Part shown: positions 26,573 through 36,291 of the stretch, piece by piece
Position numbering within the stretch: position 1 is the stretch's first letter
Layout: each line of letters opens with the position of its first letter
Made by a program: the position numbers and the translations under genes
DNA from: an uncultured Candidatus Saccharibacteria bacterium
Lineage (GTDB): Bacteria > Patescibacteriota > Minisyncoccia > UBA6257 > 1-14-0-10-44-23
Length of the DNA stretch: 64,000 nucleotides
NCBI GenBank assembly: GCA_964549935.1
Contig: CAZJVT010000003.1
Span: 14,634-78,633, forward strand
Direction: 5' to 3'
The notes under the pieces: generated by a model
Told to the model about the DNA's origin: nothing
The model's input: the letters and a program-made list of their open reading frames with translations, nothing else
Database searches by the model: none

Positions 26573-29500
26573 CTAAGCCGCCTTGAAATCCTGGGAGCGC
26601 GCTTCCACCGCCGGCGCCGAAGTGGCGATCTCGACGATCCGCACCTCGGTCACGCCCGGGATGCGTCGAAGCGACTTCCAGACCTCGGGTGTCGGATCGA
26701 AGCGCCCGTCGGCGAGCTCGCTGAGATAGGTGCCGGACTGCCAGATCCTGAACTCGACCTCGCGTACCATCCCCGCATGCCGGCGGACCGGCATCGGGCG
26801 CGGTTGCGGCCTGGTCTGCTCTTCCGGCGGCGGCGCCTGCTCGCGAAGAAGCTTGAAGCTTCCCTTCGGCTTTGCCGGGGGCTGGGGCGCGATCGGCGTC
26901 AGGGGTTCGTGCGGGCGCTGCAGCGTCGACGGGAGCGGTTCCGGCGCCTCCACCTTCCAGGCAGTCAGCGTCGCCAGGACCTCCGCCGCGGTCTTCTCGG
27001 TCGCCACGGTTACCTGCATCCGGCCGGCCTGGTGCTCGAGGGACAGGTCCTCGATCGCCGCGACCTTGGAGATCGTCAGGCGCAGCCGTTCGTCATCGAC
27101 GCGGCCGCGGATCGAGCAGACGATCGGCACCGTGTTGCCTTCGCCGATCCCGGTATGGAGACGCCTGAGGTCGTCGACGACGGAGTCGAAGGCGAGAGCC
27201 TCGAAGATGCCGGTATCGTCGGAGATGGAGACGATCCAGAACGGCTTGCCCGCCGTCGTCGTGCGTTCCTTGTAGCCAAGGACGATGCCGGCCACCCGGA
27301 TGTCGCGGTTGGGGGCCTGGGCGACGACGATCGGCAGGCGCTCTGCCTTGATCGACTTGAAGCGCTCGAGAAGAGATTCGTACGCAAGGATCGGGTGACG
27401 GGACAGGAAGAAGCCGATGTGCTCCCGTTCCTGCTTCAGGCGCTCGTTCTCCGACCAGTCCTGAGTCGGCTGCAGCACGAGGCGATGCCCTTCATTCCTG
27501 GGCGCCACTGCCTTGGCGAGACTGGGCGCTTCCGGCAAGGCGAAGAGATCGAGCGTGCGGGCGTCGCGCTTGGCGGAAGCTTTTTTCGATCCCGAACCGC
27601 GGAACTTGGAAACGACGTCCGCATTGGCGGCGATCTCGGCCGAATTCGCATGCAGAGGCGAGAAAGCCCCTACCGAGGCGAGGATCGTCACGTCCTTCGA
27701 CGACAGCCGCGTCGCCTGGCCGGCTCCCGGGGCCGAGCCGACGCGCCAGGCGAAGTCCTCGAGGGATGCGAACGGGCCGTTGGCGGCGCGCTCGGAGACC
27801 AGGTGCGACATCGAGACGTCGCCAAGGCCCTTCACCGCACCGAGGCCGTAACGGATCGCGAGCTTGCCCTCGTGCATCTCGGGCAGGAAGGCGACTGCGG
27901 ACTTGTTGACGTCGGGCGGCAGCAGCTGGATGCCCATCCGGCGGAGCTCGCCGGCGAAGACCGCGAGCTTGTCGGTGTCGCCGCGGTCGTACGACATCGA
28001 GGCGGCCATGAAAGCGACGGGATGGTTCGCCTTCATCCAGGCGGTCTGGTACGAGATCAGCGCGTAGGCGGCCGCGTGGCTCTTGTTGAAGCCGTAGCCC
28101 GCGAACTTGTCGACCTGGTTGAAGACCTTCTCGGCGGTCTCGCGGTCGACACCGTTCCCGACCGCGCCGTCGATGAAGGTCTTCCGCTGCGCGTCCATCT
28201 CGGCCTGGATCTTCTTGCCCATGGCCCGGCGCAGGAGGTCGGCGCCGCCGAGCGAGTAGCCGGCGAGGACCTGGGCCATCTTCATCACCTGCTCCTGGTA
28301 GACAGGGATGCCGAAGGTCTCGGCCAGGACGGGCTCGAGGGATGGATGCAGGTAGGCCGGCGACTGCTCGCCCCGCTTGCAGGCAATGTAGTCCGGGATG
28401 TTCTCCATCGGACCCGGCCGATAGAGGGCGACGATCGCGATGATGTCCTCGAGGCGATCGGGCTTCATGCGGAGGAGGATGTCGCGCATCCCGCCCGACT
28501 CGAGCTGGAAGACGCCGGTGACGTCGGCCCGCGCCATGAGCTCGTAGGTCCTGGCGTCGTCCAGCGGGATGTCCGAGATGTCGATGTCCTCGCCGGTGCC
28601 GGCCTTCACCAGGCGCGCCGCCATCTGCAGCACCGACAGGGTCTTCAGGCCGAGGAAGTCGAACTTCACCAGGCCGGCCTGCTCGACCCACTTCATGCTG
28701 TACTGGGTCGCCGGCGTATCCGACTTCGGGTCCTGGAACAGCGGCACCAGGTCGACCAGGGGGCGGTCCCCGATGACGACGCCGGCGGCATGGGTCGAGG
28801 CGTTCCGGTAGAGGCCCTCGACCCGGCCGGCGATGTTGAATAGGCGTCCCGCCTGGCTGTCGCGCTTCGCCAGCTCGGCCAGCCGCGGATCCCCGTCGAC
28901 GGCCTGGGCAATCGAAACCGGTGCGGCGGGGTTGTTCGGGACCAGCTTGGCGATCGCATCGACGGACCCGTAGGGCATTCCGATGACGCGACCGACGTCG
29001 CGGATCGCGGCGCGCGCCTTGAGCGAGCCGAAGGTGATGATCTGCGCCACCCGGTCGGCGCCGTAGCGCTCGCGGACGTAGCGGATGACCTCGTCCCGGC
29101 GGTCCTGGCAGAAGTCGATGTCGAAGTCCGGCATCGACACGCGCTCTGGGTTGAGGAAGCGCTCGAACAGCAGGCCCCAGCGAAGCGGATCCAGGTCGGT
29201 GATGGTGAGGGACCAGGCGACGACCGACCCGGCGCCCGAGCCGCGGCCCGGCCCGACGGGAATGTCACGCGCTTTCGACCACTGGATGAAGTCCGAGACG
29301 ATGAGGAAGTAGCCGGCGAAGCCCATCTGGTTGATGACGCCGATCTCGTACTCGAGGCGATCGCGATAGGGCTTCGCCTCAGCCAGGGATTTCGCGTCCT
29401 CGCCCCCGATGCCCATCCGCTGCAGGCGGGCTTCGAGGCCCTTCCTGGAACGGATCGAGAGTTCGTCCTCCTCGCTCCGTCCCTGCTCGGTCGGGAACCG

Positions 29501-30376
29501 AGGAAGGATGGGCTTTCGCTTCGGCGGCCTGAAGGCGATGCGGCGCGCGATGCCGCGGGCGTTCTCGATCGCCTCCGGCAGGTCGGCGAAGAGCTCCTCC
29601 ATCTCGGCCGTCGACTTGAAGCGGTGGTGCTCCGTCAGCCGCGGACGATCCGGATCCGCAAGGGTCCGGCCGGAAGCGATGGCCAGCAGGGCCTCGGTCG
29701 GCTCCTGCATCTCGGCGAAGGCGAAGTGGACGTCGTTGGTGGCGACCAGGGGCAGGTCGTTGGCGTAGGCGAGATCGAGCAGCTGGGCCTCGATCCGCGG
29801 CCGGTCATGGCCAGGATGGCGCTGGATCTCGATGTAGAGGCGATCGCCGAAGGCGGCTTTCAGCTGACGGAGATGCTCCTCGGCCTGTCCCGGGCGATTT
29901 TCGGCGATCAGGCGCCCGAGAGTGCTGTCGGTGGCGCCGGCGAGGCAGATCAGTCCGTCGGAGGAATTCTGGATTTCGCTCAGGGGGACCTGGGGGACCT
30001 GCCCCGGCGATCCGAGGTATCCCTTCGAGGAGAGCGACATCAGGTTCTGCCAGCCCGCCTGGGTCTGGGCCAGCAGGAGCAGGCGGTCAGGAGCGATCGG
30101 CGGGGCCGACTTGCTTCCCCTGGCCAAGGCAGCCGCCTGGATCTGGGCGGCGTCCGGCCTGGTCGTGCCCATCACGCATCCGACGATCGGCTGCACGCCG
30201 GCCGCCACGGCCGCCTCGGCGAATTCGAGCGTTCCGAACAGGTTTCCCGTGTCGGTGATCGCGACAGCCGGCATGCCGTTCTTCACCGCGAGCTTGACCA
30301 GGTCCTTGGGCTGGATCGCGCCCTGGGCCAGCGAATAGGCCGAATGAACCCGCAGGTGGATGAAAGGATCGGCCAC
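26573..30376 (-). CDS. dnaE: DNA polymerase III alpha subunit
   Basis: PHP HLRVHSAYSL, GPGRGSGAGS, FERFLNPERVSMPDFDIDF, HAAGVVI, KFDFLGL, FAGYGFNKSHA, OB fold. Confidence 0.97.
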   Translation of the reverse strand: MADPFIHLRVHSAYSLAQGAIQPKDLVKLAVKNGMPAVAITDTGNLFGTLEFAEAAVAAGVQPIVGCVMGTTRPDAAQIQAAALARGSKSAPPIAPDRLLLLAQTQAGWQNLMSLSSKGYLGSPGQVPQVPLSEIQNSSDGLICLAGATDSTLGRLIAENRPGQAEEHLRQLKAAFGDRLYIEIQRHPGHDRPRIEAQLLDLAYANDLPLVATNDVHFAFAEMQEPTEALLAIASGRTLADPDRPRLTEHHRFKSTAEMEELFADLPEAIENARGIARRIAFRPPKRKPILPRFPTEQGRSEEDELSIRSRKGLEARLQRMGIGGEDAKSLAEAKPYRDRLEYEIGVINQMGFAGYFLIVSDFIQWSKARDIPVGPGRGSGAGSVVAWSLTITDLDPLRWGLLFERFLNPERVSMPDFDIDFCQDRRDEVIRYVRERYGADRVAQIITFGSLKARAAIRDVGRVIGMPYGSVDAIAKLVPNNPAAPVSIAQAVDGDPRLAELAKRDSQAGRLFNIAGRVEGLYRNASTHAAGVVIGDRPLVDLVPLFQDPKSDTPATQYSMKWVEQAGLVKFDFLGLKTLSVLQMAARLVKAGTGEDIDISDIPLDDARTYELMARADVTGVFQLESGGMRDILLRMKPDRLEDIIAIVALYRPGPMENIPDYIACKRGEQSPAYLHPSLEPVLAETFGIPVYQEQVMKMAQVLAGYSLGGADLLRRAMGKKIQAEMDAQRKTFIDGAVGNGVDRETAEKVFNQVDKFAGYGFNKSHAAAYALISYQTAWMKANHPVAFMAASMSYDRGDTDKLAVFAGELRRMGIQLLPPDVNKSAVAFLPEMHEGKLAIRYGLGAVKGLGDVSMSHLVSERAANGPFASLEDFAWRVGSAPGAGQATRLSSKDVTILASVGAFSPLHANSAEIAANADVVSKFRGSGSKKASAKRDARTLDLFALPEAPSLAKAVAPRNEGHRLVLQPTQDWSENERLKQEREHIGFFLSRHPILAYESLLERFKSIKAERLPIVVAQAPNRDIRVAGIVLGYKERTTTAGKPFWIVSISDDTGIFEALAFDSVVDDLRRLHTGIGEGNTVPIVCSIRGRVDDERLRLTISKVAAIEDLSLEHQAGRMQVTVATEKTAAEVLATLTAWKVEAPEPLPSTLQRPHEPLTPIAPQPPAKPKGSFKLLREQAPPPEEQTRPQPRPMPVRRHAGMVREVEFRIWQSGTYLSELADGRFDPTPEVWKSLRRIPGVTEVRIVEIATSAPAVEARSQDFKAA

Positions 30377-30410
30377 TGGTCGCCCGCGATATTAATCTTG
30401 TCTGCTTTCT

Positions 30411-30439
30411 ATGATACAAGGAGGCCAAGAAAGCGTCAC
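30411..30439 (-). promoter_or_regulatory. dnaE operon promoter GTGACG-N17-TATCAT
   Basis: Minus strand reads GTGACG CTTTCTTGGCCTCCTTG TATCAT, about 35 nt upstream of the dnaE GTG. Confidence 0.6.
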
Positions 30440-30524
30440 GCGAAAGGTGCCAAGTGGCTGAAATTGCGGGATTGCTGTATGTGCAGCAGCAGCCCGGCGG
30501 CGACCACGGAAGGAATATGCGAGC

Positions 30525-31175
30525 GTGCCTTCGCTGATCGACCCCTGCTTCAAGCCGGACCCTGCGGATCTGGCCTTCCTCGACGACTACACGCGCTGGA
30601 AGTACATCGAGAAGCGGAAACTCGACAAAGCCGCTCTTAATCGGCGCAAGGAGATCTCGGAGCGGATCGCCATGACGGCCTCGGAAAGGCTGCTCTCAAG
30701 CCTCGGCGCCGGCTGGAGGGTAGTCGACGCGAACACGATTAGGCGGAACATGGAGGGGCACGACCTGCTGGTGTCGAGGGTGAGCGCACCGGAACGCCAG
30801 CTCCGCATCCAGGTCAAGGGCAGCTCCTACATCGAGACCCTCCAATGGTGGCCCTCCGCCGATACGACTGCCCCCGACTGGAAGTACGACGTCCTGCTGC
30901 TCGTCGACATCGGTGTCACCATGGCCGCGCCGGAGCGCTTCGCCAGGCTGGCTCCGTTCCGTCACCCCCATGTAGTCTTCTACGTCTTCACTAGGGGAGA
31001 GGCGGCGGACGAGCTCGCCCACGCAAAGAGGGACCCTGGCGACACGGACGTCTTCATCTACCGCTATTGGCTTCCCCGGAAGCCCGGCAGCAAGGAGGAT
31101 AGGCACCAGATCCGCGAACTCGAGCGATACCGCGGACGCTTCGACAAGATCGAGGCCGCACTGGGGTTGCTCTGA
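30525..31175 (+). CDS. PD-(D/E)XK nuclease-like protein
   Basis: E..L, NMEGHDLLV..IQVKG pattern. Confidence 0.6.
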   Translation: MPSLIDPCFKPDPADLAFLDDYTRWKYIEKRKLDKAALNRRKEISERIAMTASERLLSSLGAGWRVVDANTIRRNMEGHDLLVSRVSAPERQLRIQVKGSSYIETLQWWPSADTTAPDWKYDVLLLVDIGVTMAAPERFARLAPFRHPHVVFYVFTRGEAADELAHAKRDPGDTDVFIYRYWLPRKPGSKEDRHQIRELERYRGRFDKIEAALGLL

Positions 31176-31506
31176 CGATGACGTGGATGACCCTCGAGGA
31201 GATGATCGTCGCCGCCCGAGATATCGCCGAAGTCGAGCTCAAGGCTCTGAGCCGGCTCATGCGGCAGAGAGAGGCGGCGCCGGCGGTCGGCAGCCGGGAG
31301 TCCTTGGCGATCGCGCGCATAAGGTAAATGCGGAGACCTGGTCGTGCTCGTCGAGCCGGACCCTCTTCGAGACGACCTCCAGGAGGCGCCCGCTTCGCGA
31401 ATTCGCGGTCCCGGAACAGCTCCTTCCCGTCGCTGGATAGGAAACTGTTGGCGTTCCGGATAAGGCGGGCGTGGACGTCATTTGCCGTTTCAGCTAGCTC
31501 GGGCAT
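31172..31506 (-). pseudogene. Frameshifted copy of the 33588-34031 gene
   Basis: IRNANSFLSSDGKELFRDREFAKR in one frame, LLEVV..LDEHDQV in another, then LMRAIAKD..TAGAA.LC. Confidence 0.7.
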
Positions 31507-31606
31507 AACGAACGTCCTTCATAATATCGTGCCCGCACAGTATTATACAACGTCTGGACGTTAACGCCTGTAACGACGATCAGGCTACCTTCAGAGGAGA
31601 CATGGA

Positions 31607-31810
31607 ATGTCATCGCTGACCGAGGAGCAACGCAAGCTATTGACTAGCCTGCGCAACTTCGTCCGGAAGGAGCGAGCCGAAATGCGTTCGTCCTGCTGTC
31701 GTATGGACAGCCTTCGGCGGCCCATCCTCTCGACGATGGACGACGATGGTCGCCGATACGACCAGACAACCAGCCGGCTTATCGAGCGCATCGACCGCCA
31801 GCTGGGCTGA
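31607..31810 (+). CDS. Small hypothetical protein
   Basis: GAGGAG RBS upstream; 67-aa ORF. Confidence 0.45.
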   Translation: MSSLTEEQRKLLTSLRNFVRKERAEMRSSCCRMDSLRRPILSTMDDDGRRYDQTTSRLIERIDRQLG

Positions 31811-32116
31811 CGCGACTCAGGTGACATAGCCAGCGAAGCCTATCTGGCTGATGACGCCTATCCCGGCTGGGACTTCGACCTGCTCGTTCTGGTCGACGCC
31901 GGCGCCACCCTGGACCGGTGGAACACTTCAAGAAAAGCCCTCGCCGAGATGCTCAATGCACGCCGGAAGGAGACCGCGGGACGCGTCTTCGTCTATCGAT
32001 GGTGGGCGCCCAGGAAAGCCGGATCGAAAGAAGAGCGCCACCAGATCCAGGACATCGAGCGCTACAGGAGCCGCTTCGACAGGATCGAGGAGGCGCTCAG
32101 GAAGCCAGGCCGGTAA
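31811..32116 (+). pseudogene. Start-less C-terminal remnant paralogous to 30525-31175
   Basis: PGWDFDLLVLVDAG..VFVYRWWAPRKAGSKEERHQIQDIERYRSRFDRIEEAL matches the 30525 C-terminus. Confidence 0.75.
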
Positions 32117-32148
32117 CCGGAAGGCGCAAGGTGCCGACTGGCGACCGT

Positions 32149-32610
32149 TTACAGAAATCCCATGGCGGGAGACGGCCGGTCGATCGCTCGCGAAGGGGAT
32201 GGATTCCGCAGGATGCCGATCGCCTGCACCAGGCACTTCAGCATCGCGAATTCAGGTTCGGTCCTGAGCGACCTTGGCATGTTCCAGGTCAGCTTGATGA
32301 TCTTGATCGACTGCGGCGTGGAGGTGGGATCGGACCTGTGGAACACGAGGCGTGCCTCGTTGACGCTCCGTTGCGGCATGACGTGGAACGAGACCAGGCC
32401 ATTGATCTTGCCCCAGGCGATCTCGGAGATGTCGCCTGCCGTATAGCCGGATTGCCTGCTGGAGCGGTAGAGATCGAGATCATTACCGGATAGCGGATAG
32501 GCGCGTTCCTCGAGATAGGCGAAGACCATCTCGTCGATATCGGAGCGCGAGCGCATGGGATCGTCGATCGCGGCGAAGACCGCCGCCGCCGTCGGAGACG
32601 ACGTCTTCAT
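32149..32610 (-). CDS. Hypothetical protein, paralogue of 33094-33552; tail SPAMGFL
   Basis: TAA...AAIDD....ID.MVFA...ER.YPL.G.DL. Confidence 0.75.
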   Translation of the reverse strand: MKTSSPTAAAVFAAIDDPMRSRSDIDEMVFAYLEERAYPLSGNDLDLYRSSRQSGYTAGDISEIAWGKINGLVSFHVMPQRSVNEARLVFHRSDPTSTPQSIKIIKLTWNMPRSLRTEPEFAMLKCLVQAIGILRNPSPSRAIDRPSPAMGFL

Positions 32611-32629
32611 CTCGACTCCTCCCACGGCT

Positions 32630-33097
32630 TCAACCCCTTCCATCAACGGGCCTTCCTGGTCGATGCCTTCGCCGCGGATGACGGGGCCTTCCTCGACCTC
32701 GACATGACGCGCCGTTCCGCAGCTTCCTCGAGGTGGCAAAGCTCGGCGTGCCGGTCGAGCACCGAGTCGCAGATGTCGCGGATCGCACGGATATGCTCGA
32801 CACCCGAGAGCGTGATGCCTGGACGCCCCCAGAGGCAGATCGCCGGCGACGCCCCGAGATAGACGTGGCCTTCGCGGCCGAGGCTCGCTGCCATCTGGGG
32901 TTGGCCATGTCGCGGCGCCCGAGAGATCCCCCGAACGAAGCCCTGGAGGGCTGGGCATCGGAGCGCAATGCCGCGCCCGCGGGCAACGACCCGGCTCCGG
33001 GAGGGACCACGCCGGTCCGGATCGATGGCTTGAGCGTCGCGATCTTCGTCTTCCCGGAGACCGGCGACGGCAGACGCTTCGGTAGCTTGGAGCTCAT
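32630..33097 (-). CDS. Hypothetical protein, possibly frameshifted
   Basis: ATGA-coupled start with GGAG; protein-like sequence appears to switch frame midway. Confidence 0.35.
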   Translation of the reverse strand: MSSKLPKRLPSPVSGKTKIATLKPSIRTGVVPPGAGSLPAGAALRSDAQPSRASFGGSLGRRDMANPRWQRASAAKATSISGRRRRSASGGVQASRSRVSSISVRSATSATRCSTGTPSFATSRKLRNGASCRGRGRPRHPRRRHRPGRPVDGRG

Positions 33098-33552
33098 GCC
33101 GCGAGCTCCTGCAGTTTCGGACGCGCGACCATGGCAGCCTCGGCGCTGCGCTGGGCCTCGACGACCTGGATGAATGCCTTGAGCATGGCGTAGGCGCTTC
33201 CACGAACGGAAGCTTCGACGCTGGCCTCGATCTTCCGATCCTCGAGGCGGCGCGCCGAACCCTCGCCGCAGGAGACGACGACGTCCATGGAGACGATCTC
33301 CCTGCTGCCCTTGCTGGAGACCGAGACCTCGCGAAGCAGGGCGTACCTGCCGACCAGCAGGGCGATATCGATGCCTTCGGTCGTGAATGCGCCGCCGCCC
33401 GCCCGGTGCTCTTCCAGGTCGGCTCCGGCAAGCGGATAGACCCGCTCGTTCACGAACGCGAAGACCATGCGGTCGATCTCCGCGGCCGACACGGTAGCGT
33501 CGTCGATGGCGGCGATGATGGAGGCAGCGGTGATGCTGGAGAATGTGGCCAT
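33094..33552 (-). CDS. Hypothetical protein, paralogue of 32149-32610
   Basis: Shared N-terminal motif; GGGAG RBS. Confidence 0.75.
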   Translation of the reverse strand: MATFSSITAASIIAAIDDATVSAAEIDRMVFAFVNERVYPLAGADLEEHRAGGGAFTTEGIDIALLVGRYALLREVSVSSKGSREIVSMDVVVSCGEGSARRLEDRKIEASVEASVRGSAYAMLKAFIQVVEAQRSAEAAMVARPKLQELAA

Positions 33553-33587
33553 GGTCGACTCCCAAGGATCGATTGGTGCTGCTTCGG

Positions 33588-34031
33588 TCAGGATCCCGGC
33601 TCCGGAGACTTCAGGGGCTGCGACGCAGGTACCGGGGCGATGCCGGCGGCGACATAGGCATCCAGGAGATCGTTGCGCAGCAGACGCTTCAGCAGCTCGA
33701 CTTGCAGGATGTCGGTTTCGATCCGTTCTTCCGCGGTCATCTTCGGCTTCGCGAGCTCGGTAAGTCTGAGGAAGTCGCTGCACAGATCCGCGGCACCGGC
33801 CGTCTGGATGATCGCGTCTTTCGCTGTCGCCCGCATCAGGTGCATTTGGAAGACACGGTCGTTCTCGTCCAGGTGAACCACCTCGGGAATGACCTCGAGC
33901 AGCGCACGAATGCGCTTGGCGAACTCGCGATCGCGGAAGACCTCCTTTCCGTCGGAGGAAAGGTAGCTGTTCGGGTTGCGGATCGGTCGGCCATGGCGGT
34001 TGCAGACGACGACTTCCGATTTCCCGGTCAT
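33588..34031 (-). CDS. Hypothetical protein (intact copy)
   Basis: GGAG RBS; conserved with decayed copy at 31172-31506. Confidence 0.72.
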   Translation of the reverse strand: MTGKSEVVVCNRHGRPIRNPNSYLSSDGKEVFRDREFAKRIRALLEVIPEVVHLDENDRVFQMHLMRATAKDAIIQTAGAADLCSDFLRLTELAKPKMTAEERIETDILQVELLKRLLRNDLLDAYVAAGIAPVPASQPLKSPEPGS

Positions 34032-34077
34032 GCGATCTCCCTTCATACTATCGCGTCCGCCTAGTATTATAGGTGAA

Positions 34078-35685
34078 ATGCCCGGAAACACCCATACCCA
34101 AGTCGCTGCAGAAACCCTGGAATCGCCAGGGTCTGGCGCTATCGACCTCCGCGTCCTTTCCGCCGAAGCCCGCCGTGCCCTGGCTGCGACCGACAGGAGG
34201 ATCGAGGCGCTAGAGGCCCAGATCCGGGGCATGCCCGCCGACCGAGAGATCGCGATCGGCGTCGCCGACGAGTCCGGAGGGTCGTCCGTCCAGCATGCGC
34301 TGAGCCGCTTTCGGCAGGCGGAAGGCGCCCGTCGGGACCTCATGGCCAGGAAGTCGCGGGCACTGGGGCGGTATGGATGGATCCCCGGTGCCGAAGGCTT
34401 CGTTGCGCGGCGTCTCGATCCGCTCATCGAGGCAGCCGAGGTCCGGGCCTCCCGGGCCGGTTTCGAGGTATCGGAAGCCCGAAAAGCCGCCCTGATGAGG
34501 CCGGATTGCGCGGCCAGGCATCAGGAAGAGCGGCTTCGTGTTCGCGGCGCCGTCGATCGGCTGAACTGGACGCTCGAGGCGAACCTGCATCTGGCCAACG
34601 GGCTGACGGCGTTCATCCAGCTCGCCGCGATCCTGCTTTCCCGCGGCACCTGCGTCCTGTCCTTCCATCGGATCGAGGCCAGGATCGAGAACGAGGTCGA
34701 GCGCCTGGTCGAGCGCCTGACCTTCGAGATCGACCTCCAGGCATACAGGGCACGGAACGACTCTGTGGCAGAAGCTGGACTGGCCGGACCGGCACGGCGA
34801 CCTTCCCAGGGGGCCCAGGACGCGGCCGGCCGGCCGGAGCATCTCCGGGACGAGCTCTTCGACACCCGCGAGCTCAATGCGGTTCCCGCGCTCGACGGCA
34901 ACTATTCGGTACCCGCAGGCAAGGTCTACCTGCCGGTGGCGCCGTCCCGCGAGATCGAGGTTCTGGCAGCCGGCGCGCGCAAGGGGCCCAAGGGCGGCTA
35001 CTTCGTGCCGCTCGAAGAGGTCGGCAGGCCCGAGATCCAGCCCTACCTTCCCTTCATCGCCAGGCGGACGATCGAGCCGATCCGCATGGACATGATCCCC
35101 CAGAGCAGCTTCGGCGCATCGCTCGCCAACATGCTCACCGACTCCGATTGGGAACGGATCCGCCAGCCGACGATCGACGAAGCGGGCGGCCTATGCAGGA
35201 TCTGCGGCGAGAAGGGGCGCCGGCAATCGCGCAAGGTCGACTGCCACGAGATCTGGAGCTACCTCGGTCCAGACGAGCCGGACCATTGGGGTGTCCAACG
35301 CCTCGAGGGGCTCATCGCGGTCTGCGAGCCGTGCCACCTCATGTTCCATCTCGGCTTCGCCAACGCGACCGACCGATACGGGATCGCGATCGAGCGCATC
35401 CGGGCGGTCAATCGCTGGACCCAGCCGGAGGCCGAGCGGTACGGGCATCTTCTGGGCCAATCCTGGATCGAAAGAAGCAAGCGGCCCTGGGCGCTCGACC
35501 TGTCGTCGCTCGCCGGCGCGGGCCCACTCCGCATCTCATCCGGCTGGGATCTATCCGACGACGGCGTGCTTACGCGCCAGACACAGCACGGCACCGCGGT
35601 CACCGTCCTGCTCGGCGTCGACTGGTGCTTTGCCCGCGGCAACAGGGCGGTGCGGCCGGCGCAGGACCCGAAGCCCTACTATTAG
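34078..35685 (+). CDS. Coiled-coil + DUF5710-like + HNH-type zinc nuclease protein
   Basis: VYLPV...E.LAAGAR (DUF5710-like); MIPQSSF, WERIR, CRICG, DCHEIW, QRLEGLIAVCEPCH..HLG. Confidence 0.72.
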   Translation: MPGNTHTQVAAETLESPGSGAIDLRVLSAEARRALAATDRRIEALEAQIRGMPADREIAIGVADESGGSSVQHALSRFRQAEGARRDLMARKSRALGRYGWIPGAEGFVARRLDPLIEAAEVRASRAGFEVSEARKAALMRPDCAARHQEERLRVRGAVDRLNWTLEANLHLANGLTAFIQLAAILLSRGTCVLSFHRIEARIENEVERLVERLTFEIDLQAYRARNDSVAEAGLAGPARRPSQGAQDAAGRPEHLRDELFDTRELNAVPALDGNYSVPAGKVYLPVAPSREIEVLAAGARKGPKGGYFVPLEEVGRPEIQPYLPFIARRTIEPIRMDMIPQSSFGASLANMLTDSDWERIRQPTIDEAGGLCRICGEKGRRQSRKVDCHEIWSYLGPDEPDHWGVQRLEGLIAVCEPCHLMFHLGFANATDRYGIAIERIRAVNRWTQPEAERYGHLLGQSWIERSKRPWALDLSSLAGAGPLRISSGWDLSDDGVLTRQTQHGTAVTVLLGVDWCFARGNRAVRPAQDPKPYY

Positions 35686-35701
35686 AGACCGAGGCAGAAC
35701 T

Positions 35702-36265
35702 ATGGATGAGACCAGCCGCCTGCTCGCCGAGATCTCGAGATCGGTCTTCGACATCCACTCCTCCAGCCCCTGGCCGTCCCGGGACCTGTCCAACTTCGCC
35801 GCCTGGCCCTTCGTGCTGGACGGCGTCGCATGCGGCTCGATGGAGGGCTTCGTCCAGGGGCTCAAGTTCGAGGACCTCGACGAGCAGACTTCCGTCTGCT
35901 CGATGGTCGGCTATGCCGCCAAGCGGCGCGGCTCCAACCGCAACGCAGCCTGGCAGGCGGCGCATACTCTCTGGTGGAGGGGTCGTCCGGTCGACCGCTT
36001 CTCGCCCGAGTACCAGCGGCTGCTCGACCGTGCCTATGCGGCGATGACGATGGCGAACCCCGGATTCGGCCGTGCCCTGCTCGCGACCGGCGACAGGAAG
36101 CTGTCCCACCGCATCGGCTCGGTCGATCCGCGGTTCACGGTGCTCACCCAGGAGGAATTCTGCTCGAGGCTGGCGCGCATCCGGGCCTGGCTCCTCCGGC
36201 GCGAGGCCAGGCCCGCCGCGGAAGCCGAACCGGAAAGGACGACGGCGCCCGCCCTCGCGGACTAG
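35702..36265 (+). CDS. NADAR-family protein, phage T4 gp30.3-like (putative DNA ADP-ribosyl hydrolase)
   Basis: LSNFA..PFVLDGV.C.SMEGFVQGLKF, TLWWRG..R.S.EYQ.LLD.AY, ALLATG..L.H..G. Confidence 0.8.
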   Translation: MDETSRLLAEISRSVFDIHSSSPWPSRDLSNFAAWPFVLDGVACGSMEGFVQGLKFEDLDEQTSVCSMVGYAAKRRGSNRNAAWQAAHTLWWRGRPVDRFSPEYQRLLDRAYAAMTMANPGFGRALLATGDRKLSHRIGSVDPRFTVLTQEEFCSRLARIRAWLLRREARPAAEAEPERTTAPALAD

Positions 36266-36291
36266 GATGCCCCTCCAGAAAGGAAGGGGTC

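Noticed and set aside
26075-28843. 922-aa plus-strand ORF
   Set aside because: Antisense shadow of dnaE, typical of high-GC codon bias; no motifs
26573-30376. Error-prone DnaE2/ImuC or an intein in dnaE
   Set aside because: Motifs are DnaE1-like, no imuAB adjacent, and no intein-sized insertion or splice motifs seen
32425-32436. GGAGATGTCGCC matching the junction core
   Set aside because: Lies antisense within a minus-strand CDS, with no following ATGA and no gene boundary; treated as chance
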